A stretch of 64,000 nt of DNA from assembly GCA_965261595.1 (NCBI GenBank), contig CBDHDG010000004.1:1-64000 (forward strand), written 5' to 3'. Every line of letters starts with the position of its first letter. The stretch's first letter is position 1. The notes beneath the pieces are model-generated. The model was not told the DNA's origin, searched no databases, and saw only the letters and a list, made by a program, of their open reading frames with translations. Below are positions 60,923-64,000 of the stretch, one piece after another. The stretch comes from a bacterium. GTDB taxonomy: Bacteria; UBA8248; JACPRG01; G963555815. Position numbers and translations under genes: made by a program.

Positions 60923-60986
60923 GCAACGGGGCGGCCGTCCAGGGGGGAAGGGGGAGGGGGGGGGCGACAGTCCCGTGAGAGTCGGA

Positions 60987-61775
60987 TCAGCGCAGGGCTT
61001 TCAATTCTTTGCATCCGCCGGAGCCGTCTGCTCCCGTTGGCGCGGCCTCGGCGGAAAACTTGATGAAGCCGACCGAACTGTCCGCCCGGACCTTGAGGGT
61101 CGCCGTATCGGTTTGCACCGCGACGGACACGACGTCGGGGTTATCGTCCGTTTTGAATATTTGGCGGTAATCCTCCGCCAGGTTCCTTGATTCGGTGATC
61201 CAGGCGTCCAGCGGCGTCTCCTTGTTGCGCAGGACGACGTACCAGGTGATAGGCACCCCGACCACGCGCAAGGCCTTTCTCGTCCAGAAGGACCGCTCGG
61301 AGGGCGAGATGATGTAGCCGCAGCGCGGGGCTTCGGCGTCCCATAGATAACCGATGGCCCTGAGTTTCCCTGCTTTCCCGCGTTTGAATGTCACGTAGAT
61401 GTTCACGGACTGGTCATCTTTGTAATAGTCCCGGGCGTCCGCGCCGCTGACGGGCAGACGGGTCTTCCACCGCCAGGTCAAAACGGGGGTTTCGGACATG
61501 GAGACGTTGAGCTTTTCCTTGCTGAGAAAATAGGATTTGTCGTTCGCTCGCAGACGCAAGACGGCTTTGTCCCCATCGGTTTCCACCGTGATGTCGCCCG
61601 GCGCCACGGTTCCCTTGAACTCCTTCAGGGTCCAGCCATCCGGGACGCCCTGCTTGCCGGCGGCTGTTGGCCATTCATCGACGATCGCAAAGCCCGAATC
61701 CTGCCCGAACGCCGGCGTGAATCCCGCGAGGAGCAAGACCAGGAAACTCGGCATGAACATTCGCATCGCATCCAT
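60987..61775 (-). CDS. DUF3047 family exported protein
   Basis: Signal peptide, TPVLTWRWK, DD....YV.F, YLWD, W..ESRNL..DY..IF, A.QTD. Confidence 0.75.
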   Translation of the reverse strand: MDAMRMFMPSFLVLLLAGFTPAFGQDSGFAIVDEWPTAAGKQGVPDGWTLKEFKGTVAPGDITVETDGDKAVLRLRANDKSYFLSKEKLNVSMSETPVLTWRWKTRLPVSGADARDYYKDDQSVNIYVTFKRGKAGKLRAIGYLWDAEAPRCGYIISPSERSFWTRKALRVVGVPITWYVVLRNKETPLDAWITESRNLAEDYRQIFKTDDNPDVVSVAVQTDTATLKVRADSSVGFIKFSAEAAPTGADGSGGCKELKALR

Positions 61776-61816
61776 CCCTCCACCTTTTATCTGAGCGCGC
61801 CGCAACTTCATTCTGA

Positions 61817-62473
61817 CTAACGGACCTCCACCTCGATAATTTCCTCCACCTGCCGCAGGGCGTTGGCCAGGTCAACGGGACGTGAATTCGGCGGGGTGTC
61901 GAGGACGGCCCGGATTTCGATCCGGCCCAGCGAGTGATCCCGCCGAAAATCCAAACTGTTCACCGTTGCGCCGAAGCCGTCAAAAACGTCCTCCACATCT
62001 TTCATCAATCCCGGAGTGCTCCGGGCGCTGATGTGTACGCTCCGGGAGCCCCGGCCGGACATCAGGAGCGGCTCGATGCGGCGAAGGATCACCAGACTCA
62101 GCAAGAGGAATCCAGTCGCCACGAACGCCCCCCAATAGACCCCCGCCCCGACGGCCATGCCGATCCCGCCCGTGGTCCAGATGCTGGCGGCGGTTGTCAG
62201 GCCCCGGACCGAGATCCCGTACCGGAAGATGACGCCCGCGCCCAGGAATCCGATTCCCGTGACGATGTTGGCGGCAATCCGGGCGGGGTCGCTTCCGGTG
62301 CGGCTCCCCATCTCGAGGGAAACCACGGTCGTCAACGCGGCGCCCAGGCTCAAGATGAGATGGGTTCGCAGACCGGCGGGCTGGTTCCGCCACTCGCGCT
62401 CCATCCCCACGATTCCGCCCAAAAGGGCGGAAAGCAGGAGTCTCAAAAAGATGACGCCCGAACCCAAGTCCAT
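61817..62473 (-). CDS. MgtC/SapB family membrane protein
   Basis: GMERE...PAGLRTH, DPARIAANIVTGIGFLGAG, GLTTAASIW. Confidence 0.92.
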   Translation of the reverse strand: MDLGSGVIFLRLLLSALLGGIVGMEREWRNQPAGLRTHLILSLGAALTTVVSLEMGSRTGSDPARIAANIVTGIGFLGAGVIFRYGISVRGLTTAASIWTTGGIGMAVGAGVYWGAFVATGFLLLSLVILRRIEPLLMSGRGSRSVHISARSTPGLMKDVEDVFDGFGATVNSLDFRRDHSLGRIEIRAVLDTPPNSRPVDLANALRQVEEIIEVEVR

Positions 62474-62513
62474 GGTGGATTTGAGAACCCTCCAGGTTCT
62501 GCGGTCATGCGGG

Positions 62514-64000
<1,487 letters not shown>

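Overview
About 1-51.2 kb is a chromosomally integrated, IS-riddled F-type conjugative element, and 51.3-64 kb is host chromosome. The element has four parts. (1) An intact tra block: traC(partial)-HD-like-trbI-S26 peptidase-traW-traU-trbC-traN-traF-traH-traG, a convergent candidate entry-exclusion gene, traD and a MOBF relaxase. (2) A defence-like cargo region (17.3-32.2 kb): pentapeptide-FRG pseudogene, a coupled XRE-ParB-like-nuclease-like-N4/N6 methyltransferase operon, an Mrr-like nuclease/beta-propeller fusion, and a membrane protein plus secreted nuclease pair. (3) An RHH gene, a good MOBF nic-site match at 33195^33196 and a leading region (DUF2493, DUF4326, Toprim, ssb, small acidic ORF, Cys-rich repeat protein). 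(4) A nest of IS3, IS1380, IS1595 and IS256 elements. Target-site duplications let several events be reconstructed, including an ISEcp1-like IS1380 unit that carried a nucleoside 2-deoxyribosyltransferase gene into the ParB gene. The chromosomal part has secA, a carbon-nitrogen hydrolase lacking its catalytic Cys, a 4-kb patch of accessory genes separated by a composite repeat family, a ROK kinase, dedA, DUF3047, mgtC, eno and the probable 3' end of lon. No integrase, att site, tRNA, rRNA or CRISPR array is visible. Several 1-bp frameshifts may be sequencing errors. All family calls come from motif recognition by eye, with no database search.
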